From the NCBI GenBank assembly GCA_040882845.1, contig JBBEAM010000001.1, forward strand, positions 48,142 through 112,141: a DNA stretch of 64,000 nt, read 5' to 3'. Made by a program: the position numbers and the translations under genes. This document shows, one piece after another, positions 54,779 through 64,000 of this stretch. Within the stretch, counting starts at the first letter, position 1, and each line of letters begins with the position of its first letter. A model generated the notes under the pieces. It worked only from the letters and a program-made list of their open reading frames with translations. It did not search any database and was not told the origin of the DNA. This stretch comes from Rhodovibrionaceae bacterium (GTDB lineage: Bacteria; Pseudomonadota; Alphaproteobacteria; Kiloniellales; DSM-21159).

Positions 54779-57313
54779 TTATTCGTTGCGCAGCAGCGGG
54801 GCGGCTTTCTGGGCCAGCGCCCGCCAGGTGCCGAGAAATCCAAACGCCAGCGTAATCGCCGTGGCGCCAAGTGCGGTGACCAGCACCGGCCCGGCCATGA
54901 ATGCGAAGTCGCTTTCCATCACCTCGGTCACCACGATGTAGCCGGCGATGCAGCCGATGATCGTCGCGATGATCGCGGTGATCGCGCCGATCAGGCCGTA
55001 CTCCATCAGGAAGGCCGCGCCGATCCGGGCCCGGGTCGCGCCGAGCACCTTCAGGACCACGGAGTCGTAGATTCGGCGATGATGGCCCGCGGCGATGGCG
55101 CCAGCCAGGACCAGCACCCCGGAAATCACCGTCACCCCGGCGGTGGCGGTGACCGCGACGGAGATGGAACGCAGCACCTGGGCAAAGGATTCCAGCGCTT
55201 CCTTGACCCGGATTGCAGAGATGTTGGGGAAGGCGTCGGTCACCCGCCGCTCCAGCAGGGTTTCCTTGTCCGGGGCGATCTGCACCGTGGCGATATGGGT
55301 CTGCGGTGCCGCTTCGAGCAGGCCGGGCGAGAAGATCATCACGAAGTTGATCTGCAGATCGCCCCACTCGATCTCCCGCAGGTTGGCGATCTCGACCTCG
55401 ACGTCGCGGCCCAGGATGTTGATGGTCAGCCTGTCGCCGGGATGCAGGTCGAGCAGTTCGCCGACCTCAGCGTCAAGCGAGACCAGGGGCGGGCCGCCGT
55501 AGTCCGCGGGCCACCACGCGCCCTCGACGATCTCGCCGTTGTCCGGCGGCGTTTCGGCCCAGGTCAGGCCGCGGTCGCCGCGGAACACCCAGCCGATCTC
55601 GCTGGGAATCTCCATATCCCCGGGTGAAACGCCGTTTACCGCGACGATGCGGCCGCGCAGCATCGGCACCCGGTCGAGCTTGCTCACCCCTTCGGTCTCC
55701 AGCACCAGGGCATCGAAGGCCTCGATCTGCTCCGGCTGGATGTCGATGAAATAGAATCCGGGAGCGTCGCGCGGCATCTCCTCCACCACCTGGCGATTGA
55801 GGTTGCCCTGGATCAGGGCGATGGCGACCAGCACCGTCACGCCAAGGCCGAGCGACATCACCACGCTGCCGGTCGGGTTACCGGGGCGATGCAGGTTGGC
55901 GACCGCAAGGCGCAGGCCGGGATGGCGTGGCCGCGGCAGGCGGCGGGCAAGATCGGTGACTCCCAAGGCCGCCAGGCGGAAGGCAAGCAGGGCGGCGATG
56001 GCGCCGCCGACGAAGCCCAGCGCGAAGAGGCTGTCGCTGGTGCCCAGCACCGCCGTGGCGATCAGCGCGCCGCCGGCGGCGGCGATGGCAACGAGGGCCC
56101 AATTAGGCGGCCGGCTTCGCGCCGGCGCGACCAGGTCGCGGAACAGCGTCGCCGCTGGCAGCCCCTGGGCGCGGGCCAGCGGCCAGAGTCCGAAAGCGAG
56201 AGTGGTCAGCACGCCGAACAGCGCCGCCAGGGCGAGCGGCTGAAGGTGCAACCCGCCGGTGATCGTGAAGTTGAGCTGCTGCGACAGCAGCGGTCCTGCG
56301 AGGCTTGGTGTGATTCCGCCGAGCACCAGGCCTGCCGCGATGCCGAGCAGGGAGAGTGCCAGAACCTGCAATAGATAGACCTGGAACACCAGCCGGCCCG
56401 GCGCGCCGAGGCATTTCAAGGTGGCGATGGTTGCGGTCTTGCTGTCGAGGTAGCTGCGCACGGCATTGGCGACGCCGACGCCGCCGACCAGCAAGGCGGT
56501 CAAACCAACCAGGGTCATGAACAGCGAGACTCGCTCGACGAAGCGCTCGATTCCCGGCGCTGCGGTATCGAGATCGCGCAGCCGCCAGCCCGCCCTTGGG
56601 TGGTCCGCCTCGAGCTCTGCCTTCCAGGCGTCGTAGCCGACCCCCTCGGGCAGTGTCATCCGGTAGTGGTAGTAAATCAGGCTTCCCGGCTGCTCCAATC
56701 CGCTTTCGGCGAGACTGGCGCGGCTGACCAAGAGCCGCGGACCGAGGGTAAAGATGCGGGTCGCACGGTCGGGTTCGTAGCCGACCGTGCCGCGAATTCG
56801 ATAGCGAACATCGCCGACCTGCAGCTCGTCGCCGATCTCCATGCCGAGGTTGGACAGCAGGCTTTCGTCGGCGACCGCGCCCCACAGCCCGCCATCCTTG
56901 GCCAGAGCTTCCGTGATCCCGATCTCCGGTTCGATTCCGAAGCTTCCATAGAGCGGATAGGCATCATCGACCGCCTTCATCTCGACCAGCCGCCGGTCGT
57001 CGGGGTTGGCAGAGGAACGCGCCATGGCCCGCATTTCGGCGGTAGTTGAAATCTCGCTGGAATGTTCCTCCATCCAAGCCAGTTCCTCCGCCGTCGCGGC
57101 GCGATGGATCAGCCGCAGCTCGACCTCGCCGCCGAGCAGCACCCGGCCGTTCTTCTCCAGACCGCTCAGCATCGAGGAGGAGATCGAACCGACTGCGGCG
57201 ATGGCGGCGACGCCCAGCGCGATGCAGCCGAGGAAGATGCGAAAGCCCTTCAGGCCGCCGCGCAGTTCGCGGCGCGCCAGGCGGGCGGCGAGCATTAGGC
57301 TGCCGCGCATCAC
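54779..57313 (-). CDS. ABC transporter permease, duplicated FtsX-like domains (YbbP type)
   Basis: 844 aa. N-terminal LAARLARRELRGGLKGFRIFLGCIALGVAAI. Two blocks of four TM helices separated by large periplasmic regions. The start overlaps the stop of the upstream ATPase gene. Confidence 0.88.
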   Translation of the reverse strand: MMRGSLMLAARLARRELRGGLKGFRIFLGCIALGVAAIAAVGSISSSMLSGLEKNGRVLLGGEVELRLIHRAATAEELAWMEEHSSEISTTAEMRAMARSSANPDDRRLVEMKAVDDAYPLYGSFGIEPEIGITEALAKDGGLWGAVADESLLSNLGMEIGDELQVGDVRYRIRGTVGYEPDRATRIFTLGPRLLVSRASLAESGLEQPGSLIYYHYRMTLPEGVGYDAWKAELEADHPRAGWRLRDLDTAAPGIERFVERVSLFMTLVGLTALLVGGVGVANAVRSYLDSKTATIATLKCLGAPGRLVFQVYLLQVLALSLLGIAAGLVLGGITPSLAGPLLSQQLNFTITGGLHLQPLALAALFGVLTTLAFGLWPLARAQGLPAATLFRDLVAPARSRPPNWALVAIAAAGGALIATAVLGTSDSLFALGFVGGAIAALLAFRLAALGVTDLARRLPRPRHPGLRLAVANLHRPGNPTGSVVMSLGLGVTVLVAIALIQGNLNRQVVEEMPRDAPGFYFIDIQPEQIEAFDALVLETEGVSKLDRVPMLRGRIVAVNGVSPGDMEIPSEIGWVFRGDRGLTWAETPPDNGEIVEGAWWPADYGGPPLVSLDAEVGELLDLHPGDRLTINILGRDVEVEIANLREIEWGDLQINFVMIFSPGLLEAAPQTHIATVQIAPDKETLLERRVTDAFPNISAIRVKEALESFAQVLRSISVAVTATAGVTVISGVLVLAGAIAAGHHRRIYDSVVLKVLGATRARIGAAFLMEYGLIGAITAIIATIIGCIAGYIVVTEVMESDFAFMAGPVLVTALGATAITLAFGFLGTWRALAQKAAPLLRNE

Positions 57314-58056
57314 GTCGCGGCGGCCGTCGCTTCGGTTCGACCGTTCACGGCGGCGCTGTCGTCGACGATATGGCCGTCGACCAGCTTGATCTGGCGCGCA
57401 CAGCGCTCGGCCAGGGCCGGGTCATGGGTGATCAGCAGCAGCGTGGTGTCGGCGTCGCGCTGCAGGTCGAACAGCAGGTCGATGACCTTGCCGCCGGTCT
57501 CGCCGTCGAGGTTGCCGGTCGGCTCGTCGGCCAGCAGCAGCTTGGGCCGCACCGCAAAGGCGCGCGCCAGGGCGACGCGCTGCTGCTCGCCGCCGGAGAG
57601 CTGTCCGGGATAGTGGTCGGTGCGGTGGCCGAGGCCGACCTGGGTCAGCACCTCTTCGGCGCGGCCGAAGGCGTCGTCGCGCCCGGCGAACTCCAGCGGT
57701 ACGGCGACGTTCTCCAGCGCCGTCATGGTCGGGATCAGGTGGAAGTTCTGAAACACGATGCCGATGTTGTCGCGGCGGAACTCGGCCAGGGCGTCTTCGC
57801 TGAGGCCGCCGAAATCCCGCCCGGCGATGCGCACCGCGCCGCCGCTGGCCTGCTCCAGGCCGGCGACGATCATCAGCATCGAGGACTTGCCCGAGCCCGA
57901 GGGGCCGACGATGGACAGGGTTTCGCCGGCAGCGACGCTCAGGTCGATGCCGCGCAGCACCTCGACGCCGCCCGCCGCATTGGCATAGGTCAGGCGCAGG
58001 TCCTGAAGTGAGATCATGAGTTCTTCTTGTGAGGTGGTCTGGGTCACGTCCGGCAT
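57310..58056 (-). CDS. ABC transporter ATP-binding protein (YbbA type)
   Basis: Walker A GPSGSGKSS, signature LSGGEQQRVALAR, Walker B LLLADEPTGNLD. Start uncertain: ATG at 58056 or at 58017. Confidence 0.92.
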   Translation of the reverse strand: MPDVTQTTSQEELMISLQDLRLTYANAAGGVEVLRGIDLSVAAGETLSIVGPSGSGKSSMLMIVAGLEQASGGAVRIAGRDFGGLSEDALAEFRRDNIGIVFQNFHLIPTMTALENVAVPLEFAGRDDAFGRAEEVLTQVGLGHRTDHYPGQLSGGEQQRVALARAFAVRPKLLLADEPTGNLDGETGGKVIDLLFDLQRDADTTLLLITHDPALAERCARQIKLVDGHIVDDSAAVNGRTEATAAAT

Positions 58057-58251
58057 ACGCGCTTAGGGTCCCTGCGGATCAAAGGCGGACGGCGGCACGC
58101 GGCCACGTCGCGGTTTGCTTCCTGCGGCATATGGGTTCCTGGCGGGTGGATTGAAAGACGCAGCGGTAACTTCGCCGCGGAAAATGGCGGCAATGGGGCT
58201 GTCCGCCTCCTCCCCTTGCTCTCGGGCCCGCGCTGCCCCAAATAGCCTGCT

Positions 58252-58905
58252 ATGGCTAAACTGCTTCCGGCTCTCGCCGCCGCGCTCGCGCTGTTCTGCG
58301 GCGCGACCCAGGTGCAAACCCAGGCCCAAGCTGCCGAGAAGCTCGAGCTGCTCGCCTACGGCGACTCCCTGGTCCACGGTTACGGCCTGCCGTCGCCGGA
58401 TAACTTCCCTGCGCAGCTACAGGACGCGCTGGCTGCGGCGGGCCGCGAGGTCGAGGTGATCAACGCCGGCAACTCCGGCGACACCAGTGCCGCCGGCCTG
58501 GCCCGCCTCGACTGGGCGCTCAGCGAGATGCCCGATGCCGCCATCGTCGTGCTTGGCGCCAACGATGCGCTGCGCGGCCTCGATCCCGCGAAGACCTACG
58601 AGAACCTCGATGCCCTGCTCGGCCGTTTCGCGGAGATGGAGGTGCCGGTGCTGCTCGCCGGGATGATGGCGCCGCGCAATCTCGGCCCCGAATACGCCGA
58701 GGAGTTCGATGGCCTCTACGCGCGCCTGGCAGAGAAGCACGACGTCGTCTTCTACCCTTTCTTCCTCGACGGCGTGGCCACCAATCCCGATCTCAATCAG
58801 CCAGACGGCATCCATCCCAATGCCGCCGGCGTCGCCGAAATCGTCGAGCGGATCCTGCCCAAGGTGCAGGACCTGCTTGCAGCCGCGGATAACGGACGTG
58901 GCTGA
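58252..58905 (+). CDS. tesA: SGNH/GDSL arylesterase (TesA-like thioesterase I)
   Basis: Signal peptide, then block I YGDSLVHG, block II INAGNSGDTS, block III GANDAL, and block V DGIHPN. Divergent from the ybbA/ybbP-like pair, as in E. coli. Confidence 0.85.
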   Translation: MAKLLPALAAALALFCGATQVQTQAQAAEKLELLAYGDSLVHGYGLPSPDNFPAQLQDALAAAGREVEVINAGNSGDTSAAGLARLDWALSEMPDAAIVVLGANDALRGLDPAKTYENLDALLGRFAEMEVPVLLAGMMAPRNLGPEYAEEFDGLYARLAEKHDVVFYPFFLDGVATNPDLNQPDGIHPNAAGVAEIVERILPKVQDLLAAADNGRG

Positions 58906-60034
58906 AGGCGCCTTGCGCAACGACAGCTTCGCGGCGGCGACGGCGGCCGACGCCGCGCCGCAGGAGCTTGCGGTCCAGGTTCTGGCTGCCCTGGGCGCGC
59001 CGCCTGAAGGCGCCAACCTGGGGTTCCTCTACGCCACCGAGCCCCTGGCCGATCATCTCGACGAGATTCTCGCCATCCTGCGCCGTGAGACCGGCATCGC
59101 CGACTGGACCGGCAGCGTCGGCTACGGCGTCGCCGGTAGCGGCATCGAGTATCACGACCGCCCGGCGATCTCCGTCATGCTTGGCCGTTTCCCCGACGGC
59201 AGCGCCCGGCTGTTCGGGCCGGTGACACCGCAGGCGCCGGGGCTGCAGGGCGAGGAGATTGCCTGGGCGGCGGAGCATCCGCCGGTTTTCGGCGTGGCCC
59301 ACGGCGACCCCCAGCTTCCCGGGCTGCCCGAACTGCTGGAGCGGGTCGCTGCGGCGACGTCGACCTACTTCGTCGGCGGTCTGGCAGCGGTCCCGGAGAG
59401 CGGCCGGCGGCAGGAGAACGAACTGGTCACACAGGGCCTCTCCGGTGTGCTGTTCGATCCCCAGGTCCAGGTAGTGACCGGCCTGACCCAGGGCTGCACG
59501 CCGATCGGGCCGAAGCGCCAGATCACCGCCGCCGAGCGCAACGTGGTGATCGAACTCGACGGGCGCCCGGCGCTGGAGGTTTTCAAGGAGGACATCGGCG
59601 AGCTGCTGGCCCGCGATCTCAGCCGGGTCGCCGGCTATATCCATGTCGGCTTTCCGATCCTCGGCAGCGACACCGGCGACTATCTGGTGCGCAATCTGGT
59701 CGGTATCGATCCCGAACGCGGTCTGCTCGGCGTCGCCGCGCTGGTTCAGCTGGGCGAAACCTTGATGTTCTGCCGCCGCGACCACGAGGCCGCCAAGCAG
59801 GATCTCGACCGCATGCTGGAGGAGGTGACGCGCCGCGCCGGCGGGCCCGCCAAGGCGGCACTGTATTACTCCTGCGTCGCCAGGGGGCAGCATCTCTTCG
59901 GCAGCAACTCGGAGGAACTGCGCCAGCTGCGCGAAACCCTCGGGGAGATTCCGCTGACCGGATTTTTTGCCGACGGCGAGATTTCCAACGATCGCCTCTA
60001 CGGCTATACCGGTGTCCTGACACTGCTTCTTTGA
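58898..60034 (+). CDS. FIST domain protein (FIST_N + FIST_C, no output domain)
   Basis: GTG at 58898 overlaps the esterase 3' end by 8 nt. LGFLYATEPLADHLDEIL..., ELDGRPALEVF, and the C-terminal GFFADGEISNDRLYGYTGVLTLL resemble FIST proteins as I recall. The track ORF start at 58709 is an over-extension. Confidence 0.65.
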   Translation: MAEGALRNDSFAAATAADAAPQELAVQVLAALGAPPEGANLGFLYATEPLADHLDEILAILRRETGIADWTGSVGYGVAGSGIEYHDRPAISVMLGRFPDGSARLFGPVTPQAPGLQGEEIAWAAEHPPVFGVAHGDPQLPGLPELLERVAAATSTYFVGGLAAVPESGRRQENELVTQGLSGVLFDPQVQVVTGLTQGCTPIGPKRQITAAERNVVIELDGRPALEVFKEDIGELLARDLSRVAGYIHVGFPILGSDTGDYLVRNLVGIDPERGLLGVAALVQLGETLMFCRRDHEAAKQDLDRMLEEVTRRAGGPAKAALYYSCVARGQHLFGSNSEELRQLRETLGEIPLTGFFADGEISNDRLYGYTGVLTLLL

Positions 60035-60114
60035 CCCGCCTCGCAGCTTCGCGGCCGCGCTCGCGCGCCGCGGCTTCACGGATAAACCAGCCAAGATCAT
60101 AGGGGGACTGAACC

Positions 60115-61155
60115 ATGGAAAAGCGTCCGCTCGGCCGCAGCGGCCTTGAGGTCAGCGCGATCTGTCTCGGCACGATGACCTGGGGCGAGCAGAACACCCA
60201 GGAGGAGGGTTTCGCGCAGATGGACACCGCCTTCGACCGCGGCGTGACCTTCTGGGACGCGGCGGAGATGTATCCCGTCGCGCCGCGGGCGGAAACCTAC
60301 GGCCGCACCGAGGAGATCATCGGCAACTGGTTCGCCAGCCGCGGCCGGCGCGACCGGGTGATCCTCGCCAGCAAGGTGGTCGGCCCAGGCAGCCGCTTCC
60401 CCCATGTGCGCGACGGAAACCCCAGACTCGACCGCAAGAACATCCTGGCGGCCGTGGACGCTAGCCTGAAGCGGCTGCAGACGGACTACATCGACCTCTA
60501 TCAGCTGCACTGGCCGGACCGGAATGCCAACATCTTCGGCAATCTGACTTACCGGCACGACCCTGAAGAGGAGATGACGCCGCTGGAGGGGACGCTGGGC
60601 GCCCTGGACGAGGTGGTGAAGGCCGGCAAGGTCCGCCATGTCGGGGTCTCCAACGAGACCCCCTGGGGCCTGATGAAGTATCTGGCGCTGTCCGATGCCG
60701 GCGGCGGGCCGCGCATGGTTTCGATTCAGAACTCCTACAACCTGATCAACCGGACCTTCGAGATGGCCCTGGCAGAGGTGGCCCACCGCGAGGACTGCGG
60801 ACTGCTCGCCTATGCGCCGGTCGCCGCGGGTGCGCTGACCGGCAAGTACCTGGGCGGCAGGAAACCCGAGGGCGCGCGCATGACCCTGTTTCCGCAGAAC
60901 ACCCGCTACTTCACGGACCAGGGAATCGCGGCCACGGCGGAGTACGTGGCCCTGGCCGAGAAGCATGGCCTCAAGCCCTCGCAGATGGCCGGCGCCTTCG
61001 TCTATTCCCGGCCCTTCGTCACCGCCTCGATCGTCGGCGCCACCACGTTGGAGCAGCTCGAACTGCAGTTCGAGGCCGCCGAGCTCGAGCTTTCCGAGGA
61101 GGTGCTGGAGGAAATCGAGGCGATCCACGCCCGCTATACCTATCCCTGTTCGTGA
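60115..61155 (+). CDS. NADP-dependent aldo/keto reductase (Tas-like)
   Basis: 346 aa. LGRSGLEVSAICLGTMTWG, FWDAAEMY, YIDLYQLHWPD, GVSNETPWG, IQNSYNL. Confidence 0.92.
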   Translation: MEKRPLGRSGLEVSAICLGTMTWGEQNTQEEGFAQMDTAFDRGVTFWDAAEMYPVAPRAETYGRTEEIIGNWFASRGRRDRVILASKVVGPGSRFPHVRDGNPRLDRKNILAAVDASLKRLQTDYIDLYQLHWPDRNANIFGNLTYRHDPEEEMTPLEGTLGALDEVVKAGKVRHVGVSNETPWGLMKYLALSDAGGGPRMVSIQNSYNLINRTFEMALAEVAHREDCGLLAYAPVAAGALTGKYLGGRKPEGARMTLFPQNTRYFTDQGIAATAEYVALAEKHGLKPSQMAGAFVYSRPFVTASIVGATTLEQLELQFEAAELELSEEVLEEIEAIHARYTYPCS

Positions 61156-61219
61156 CCTAGACTCTTTTTTGCGGGGTGGAGTCGCCGGCCGCCCTGCCGA
61201 TGCCAGGAGGGCAAAACCC

Positions 61220-61759
61220 GTGCGTCTCTTCGTCGCCCTCAGCCTGCCCGAGGAGATCCGCGAGCGTCTCGCGATGATGGCCAGCGGCCTGCCCGCCGCG
61301 CGCTGGGTCAAGCCGGAGAACTATCACATCACCCTGCGCTTCGTCGGCGAGGTCGACAACGGCCTCGCCAGCGACATCGACGACGCCTTGAGCGGCGTGC
61401 ACATGCCGGAGTTCGAGCTCTCCCTGGCCGGGATCGGTCAGTTCGGCGAGGGCAGGAAGCTGCGCTCGGTCTGGGCCGGGGTCGAGGGCGGCGAGCCGCT
61501 GATCCGGTTGCAGACCAAGGTCGAGAACGCCGTGGCGCGTGCCGGCGTCGCGCCCGAGGGCCGCAAGTTCAAGCCGCACGTCACCCTGGCCCGCTTCAAG
61601 GACTCGCCGGGCGCGAAGTTCGGCGAGTACCTGCACAGCCACGGGCTGTTCCGCAGCCAGCCCTTCATGGTGCGCGACTTCGTGCTCTACTCGTCGTTTC
61701 TGGCGCGCGAGGGGGCGATCTACCGGCCGGAGGCGGTCTACGAGCTCGACCGCGCCTGA
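61220..61759 (+). CDS. thpR: RNA 2',3'-cyclic phosphodiesterase (2H family, LigT/ThpR)
   Basis: GTG at 61220 after aggagg (61205-61210). RLFVALSLP, then two HxT motifs (YHITLRF and PHVTLAR). Confidence 0.85.
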   Translation: MRLFVALSLPEEIRERLAMMASGLPAARWVKPENYHITLRFVGEVDNGLASDIDDALSGVHMPEFELSLAGIGQFGEGRKLRSVWAGVEGGEPLIRLQTKVENAVARAGVAPEGRKFKPHVTLARFKDSPGAKFGEYLHSHGLFRSQPFMVRDFVLYSSFLAREGAIYRPEAVYELDRA

Positions 61760-62652
61760 GCGGCTTTCCGGGGCGCGGCCTTGAGCCGGGTCTCGCGGTA
61801 GAAGATGTAGATTCCGGCGCCGATCACCACCGCGGCGCCGAGCCAGACATAGAGGTCCGGAATCTCCTGCCAGAACAGGAATCCGAGGACCGCGGCGACC
61901 ACCAGCGCCACGTACTCGAAGGGCGCCACCACGGCGGCGGGCGCATAGCGGTAGGCCTGGGTGATGAAGAACATGCCGGTGCCGCCGATCAGGCCGAGGG
62001 CGACGAAGACGGCGAAGTCCGCCATGTCCGGCGTCTTCCAGCCGATCGGCAGCAGCAGCGCCGAGAGCGTCAGGCTGACCGTGGAGCCGAACAGCAGCAG
62101 CGCCGCGTTGCTGTCGCTGCGCGCCAGCATCCGCGTGGTCAGCATGATCATGGCGTAGCTGAAGGCGGCGAGCAGGATCAGCAGGGCGGCCGGCTGGAAA
62201 CTCTCCGGGCCGGGCCGCACCATGATCAGCACGCCGAGGAAGCCAAGCACCACCGCCGCCCAGCGGCGCGGACCGACCTTCTCGCCGAGCAGCGGAACGG
62301 AAAGCGCGGTGACCATCAGCGGCGCGGCGAAGGCGATCGCCGTGGCCTCGGCCAGGCCGAGGCTGCGCAGACCCAGGAAGAAGCTGAACTGGGCGGTGAC
62401 GCCGAGCAGGCCGCGCAGCAGATGCAGGCGCCAGCGCCGCGTCGTCGGCAGGGTAAAGCCGCCGAGCTGCCAGACGATCGCCAGGGTCGGCAGCAGGCCG
62501 AAGAGGTTGCGGAAAAAAACCACCTGTCCGATGGGGTAGCCCTCGCCGAGCCACTTCGCCATGGCGTCCATGCTGGACATCATCGCCATGCCGATCACCA
62601 TGGCGGAGATGCCGAGTCCGACCCGGTCCTGGATCACGGTCTGCGAAGTCAT
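61738..62652 (-). CDS. EamA/DMT family transporter
   Basis: About ten TM helices. Start taken at the ATG at 62652 (MTSQTVIQDRVGLGISAMVIGMAMMSSMDAMAKWL); the track ORF extends further upstream. Confidence 0.85.
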   Translation of the reverse strand: MTSQTVIQDRVGLGISAMVIGMAMMSSMDAMAKWLGEGYPIGQVVFFRNLFGLLPTLAIVWQLGGFTLPTTRRWRLHLLRGLLGVTAQFSFFLGLRSLGLAEATAIAFAAPLMVTALSVPLLGEKVGPRRWAAVVLGFLGVLIMVRPGPESFQPAALLILLAAFSYAMIMLTTRMLARSDSNAALLLFGSTVSLTLSALLLPIGWKTPDMADFAVFVALGLIGGTGMFFITQAYRYAPAAVVAPFEYVALVVAAVLGFLFWQEIPDLYVWLGAAVVIGAGIYIFYRETRLKAAPRKAAQARSSS

Positions 62653-62675
62653 GGCGTCTTCCCGCGACGGCTGGC

Positions 62676-63521
62676 TTAAAGATAGCGGTCGAGCGTGCGC
62701 CGGACCGCGCCGGGATAGGAGCCTCCGAAGAGGGCGCTGTGCACCAGCAGCGGGTAGAGGTTGTAGATCTCGCACCGCTGTTCGAAGAAGCCGGGCGCGA
62801 TCGGCCGCAGCGCCCGGTAACGCCTGAAGAAGGCCTTGCCGAAGGTGCCGAAAAGCGTCGAAAAGGCAAGTTCGATTTCCGCATGGCCGAAATACACCGC
62901 CGGGTCGATGTAGGTCAGCCGGCCTCCCCGCCCGGCCAGGACGTTGCCGCCCCAGAGGTCGCCGTGCAGCAGCGAGGATGGGCCAGGAACCAGCAGTTCC
63001 TCGAGCCGCTCCGCCAGCCGCTCCAGCTTGGCGAAGCTCTCGCGCGGCAGCCGGCCGCGCTCCAGCGCCAGGCGGCCCATGGCCAGCAGGCGGCGTTCGC
63101 GGAAGAAGCCGATCCAGTCGTCCTGCCAGGTATTGACCTGAGGCAGGCCGGCAATGACGGTATCGACCTCGAAGCCGAAGCCTTGCTCGGCGCTCACCTC
63201 GTGCAGGGCGGCGATCTGTCCGGCGGCGGTCTCCTCTTCGGCCGGCCCCAGGCTGCCGCCGCTCTCGGCCTCCTCCATCAGCAGCAGCTCCGCTTCGGCA
63301 TGCAGGATTCGCGGCACCGGCAGCCCGCCGCGTTCGCCCAGCGTCGTCAGCATCCTGGCTTCCAGCGCCGCGCCCGGCCCGCGCTTGGCGATCGCGCTGC
63401 CGCCGCCGGGCAGCTCCAGGCGCAGCACCTGTGCGGCGGAATCGCCGCCCAGCGGCGTCTCGCTGAGCGGCCGTGCCCCGAGCAGGGCCTCGACTCGCAC
63501 GGCCAGGCCCGAAGCCGTCAC
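62676..63521 (-). CDS. fructosamine kinase family protein
   Basis: 281 aa. LLHGDLWGGNV (kinase catalytic-loop equivalent), IDPAVYFGHAEIELA, YNLYPLLVH. GTG start overlaps the upstream gene stop (GTGA). Confidence 0.85.
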   Translation of the reverse strand: MTASGLAVRVEALLGARPLSETPLGGDSAAQVLRLELPGGGSAIAKRGPGAALEARMLTTLGERGGLPVPRILHAEAELLLMEEAESGGSLGPAEEETAAGQIAALHEVSAEQGFGFEVDTVIAGLPQVNTWQDDWIGFFRERRLLAMGRLALERGRLPRESFAKLERLAERLEELLVPGPSSLLHGDLWGGNVLAGRGGRLTYIDPAVYFGHAEIELAFSTLFGTFGKAFFRRYRALRPIAPGFFEQRCEIYNLYPLLVHSALFGGSYPGAVRRTLDRYL

Positions 63522-64000
63522 GCCAGGCCTTGCTTGAGCGCGGCGACGATGCCCTCGGCGCCGGCCTCGATCATGTCGAGCGCCGCGTCGAAGCCGGCGG
63601 CATCGCCGTAGTAGGGATCGGGGACGTCGAGCCGGGCCAGGCCCGCCCCGGCCTTGTGCTGCGGCGCAAACTCCATGAAGTGAAACAGCCGGTCGGCGGT
63701 GCCCCGGGGTGCCAGGGAAAACAGCTGACGGTAGTGCCCCCGGTCCATCGCCAGCACCATTCCGGCCTCGCGGAAGGCGGCAGGTTTGAACTTGCGGGCG
63801 CGGATCGCCGAGAGGTCGTAACCGCGCCGCGCCGCCGCCGCGACGGCGCGCCAGTCCGGCGGATCGCCAGCGTGCCAGCCGCCCAGACCGTAGGACTCTG
63901 TCGCGTGCTGCCCGGCCAGTCCGGCGTCCGCCAGCTTGCGGCGCAGCACGCCCTCGGCGGTTGGCGAGCGGCAGATGTTACCGGTACAAACGAAGACGAT
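63518..64000 (-). CDS. low-molecular-weight protein-tyrosine phosphatase; 5' end lies beyond the window
   Basis: The reverse strand at 63950-64000 reads IVFVCTGNICRSPTAEGVL (CX5R(S/T) P-loop), in frame with the listed 63518..63949 ORF. DPYYG lies near the C-terminus. Confidence 0.88.
   Translation of the reverse strand: MVFVCTGNICRSPTAEGVLRRKLADAGLAGQHATESYGLGGWHAGDPPDWRAVAAAARRGYDLSAIRARKFKPAAFREAGMVLAMDRGHYRQLFSLAPRGTADRLFHFMEFAPQHKAGAGLARLDVPDPYYGDAAGFDAALDMIEAGAEGIVAALKQGLA

Overview
High-GC chromosomal segment, alphaproteobacterial in character. Evidence: hemC-hemD-Mic60-like-hemY-like synteny, a purH/heparinase-like/rpe/rsmB block, a DUF1674 (SDHAF4-like) gene, and a tsaD-gpsA-YciI-EVE block. 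About 60 protein genes and one tRNA-Thr(CGU) are supported. Most of the window is housekeeping: a large NAD-glutamate dehydrogenase (5' truncated), purH, rpe, rsmB, htpX, cardiolipin synthase, acs, gpsA, tsaD, hemC/hemD, a YbbA/YbbP-type ABC pair with a TesA-like esterase, and thpR. Five regions stand out. (1) 41151-46349 holds three translationally coupled ATP-grasp ligase genes: two tandem cyanophycin-synthetase-like paralogs whose Mur-ligase-like tails lack a P-loop (CphA2-style), plus a GshB/RimK-like ligase. I rank this as the best candidate for an undescribed poly-amino-acid or peptide polymer system. (2) 47554-51501 holds two tandem secreted caspase-family (C14) paralogs with peptidoglycan-binding domains, followed by a small secreted protein with four CX3C motifs. 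(3) 32883-35700 is a low-GC islet directly 3' of tRNA-Thr. It carries vsr, a C5 DNA methyltransferase and an unassigned putative restriction endonuclease, with no integrase. (4) 17054-18020 is a standalone Ada zinc-domain gene coupled to a 2OG-Fe(II) oxygenase. (5) The Mic60-like protein has an N-terminal segment that resembles a Cro/YdaS-type HTH. Many very long ORFs in the track are antisense or off-frame shadows typical of high-GC DNA and were rejected. All family assignments rest on motif recognition by eye and recalled family signatures; no searches were run. Several start codons are uncertain because the ORF track also starts ORFs at GTG and TTG.
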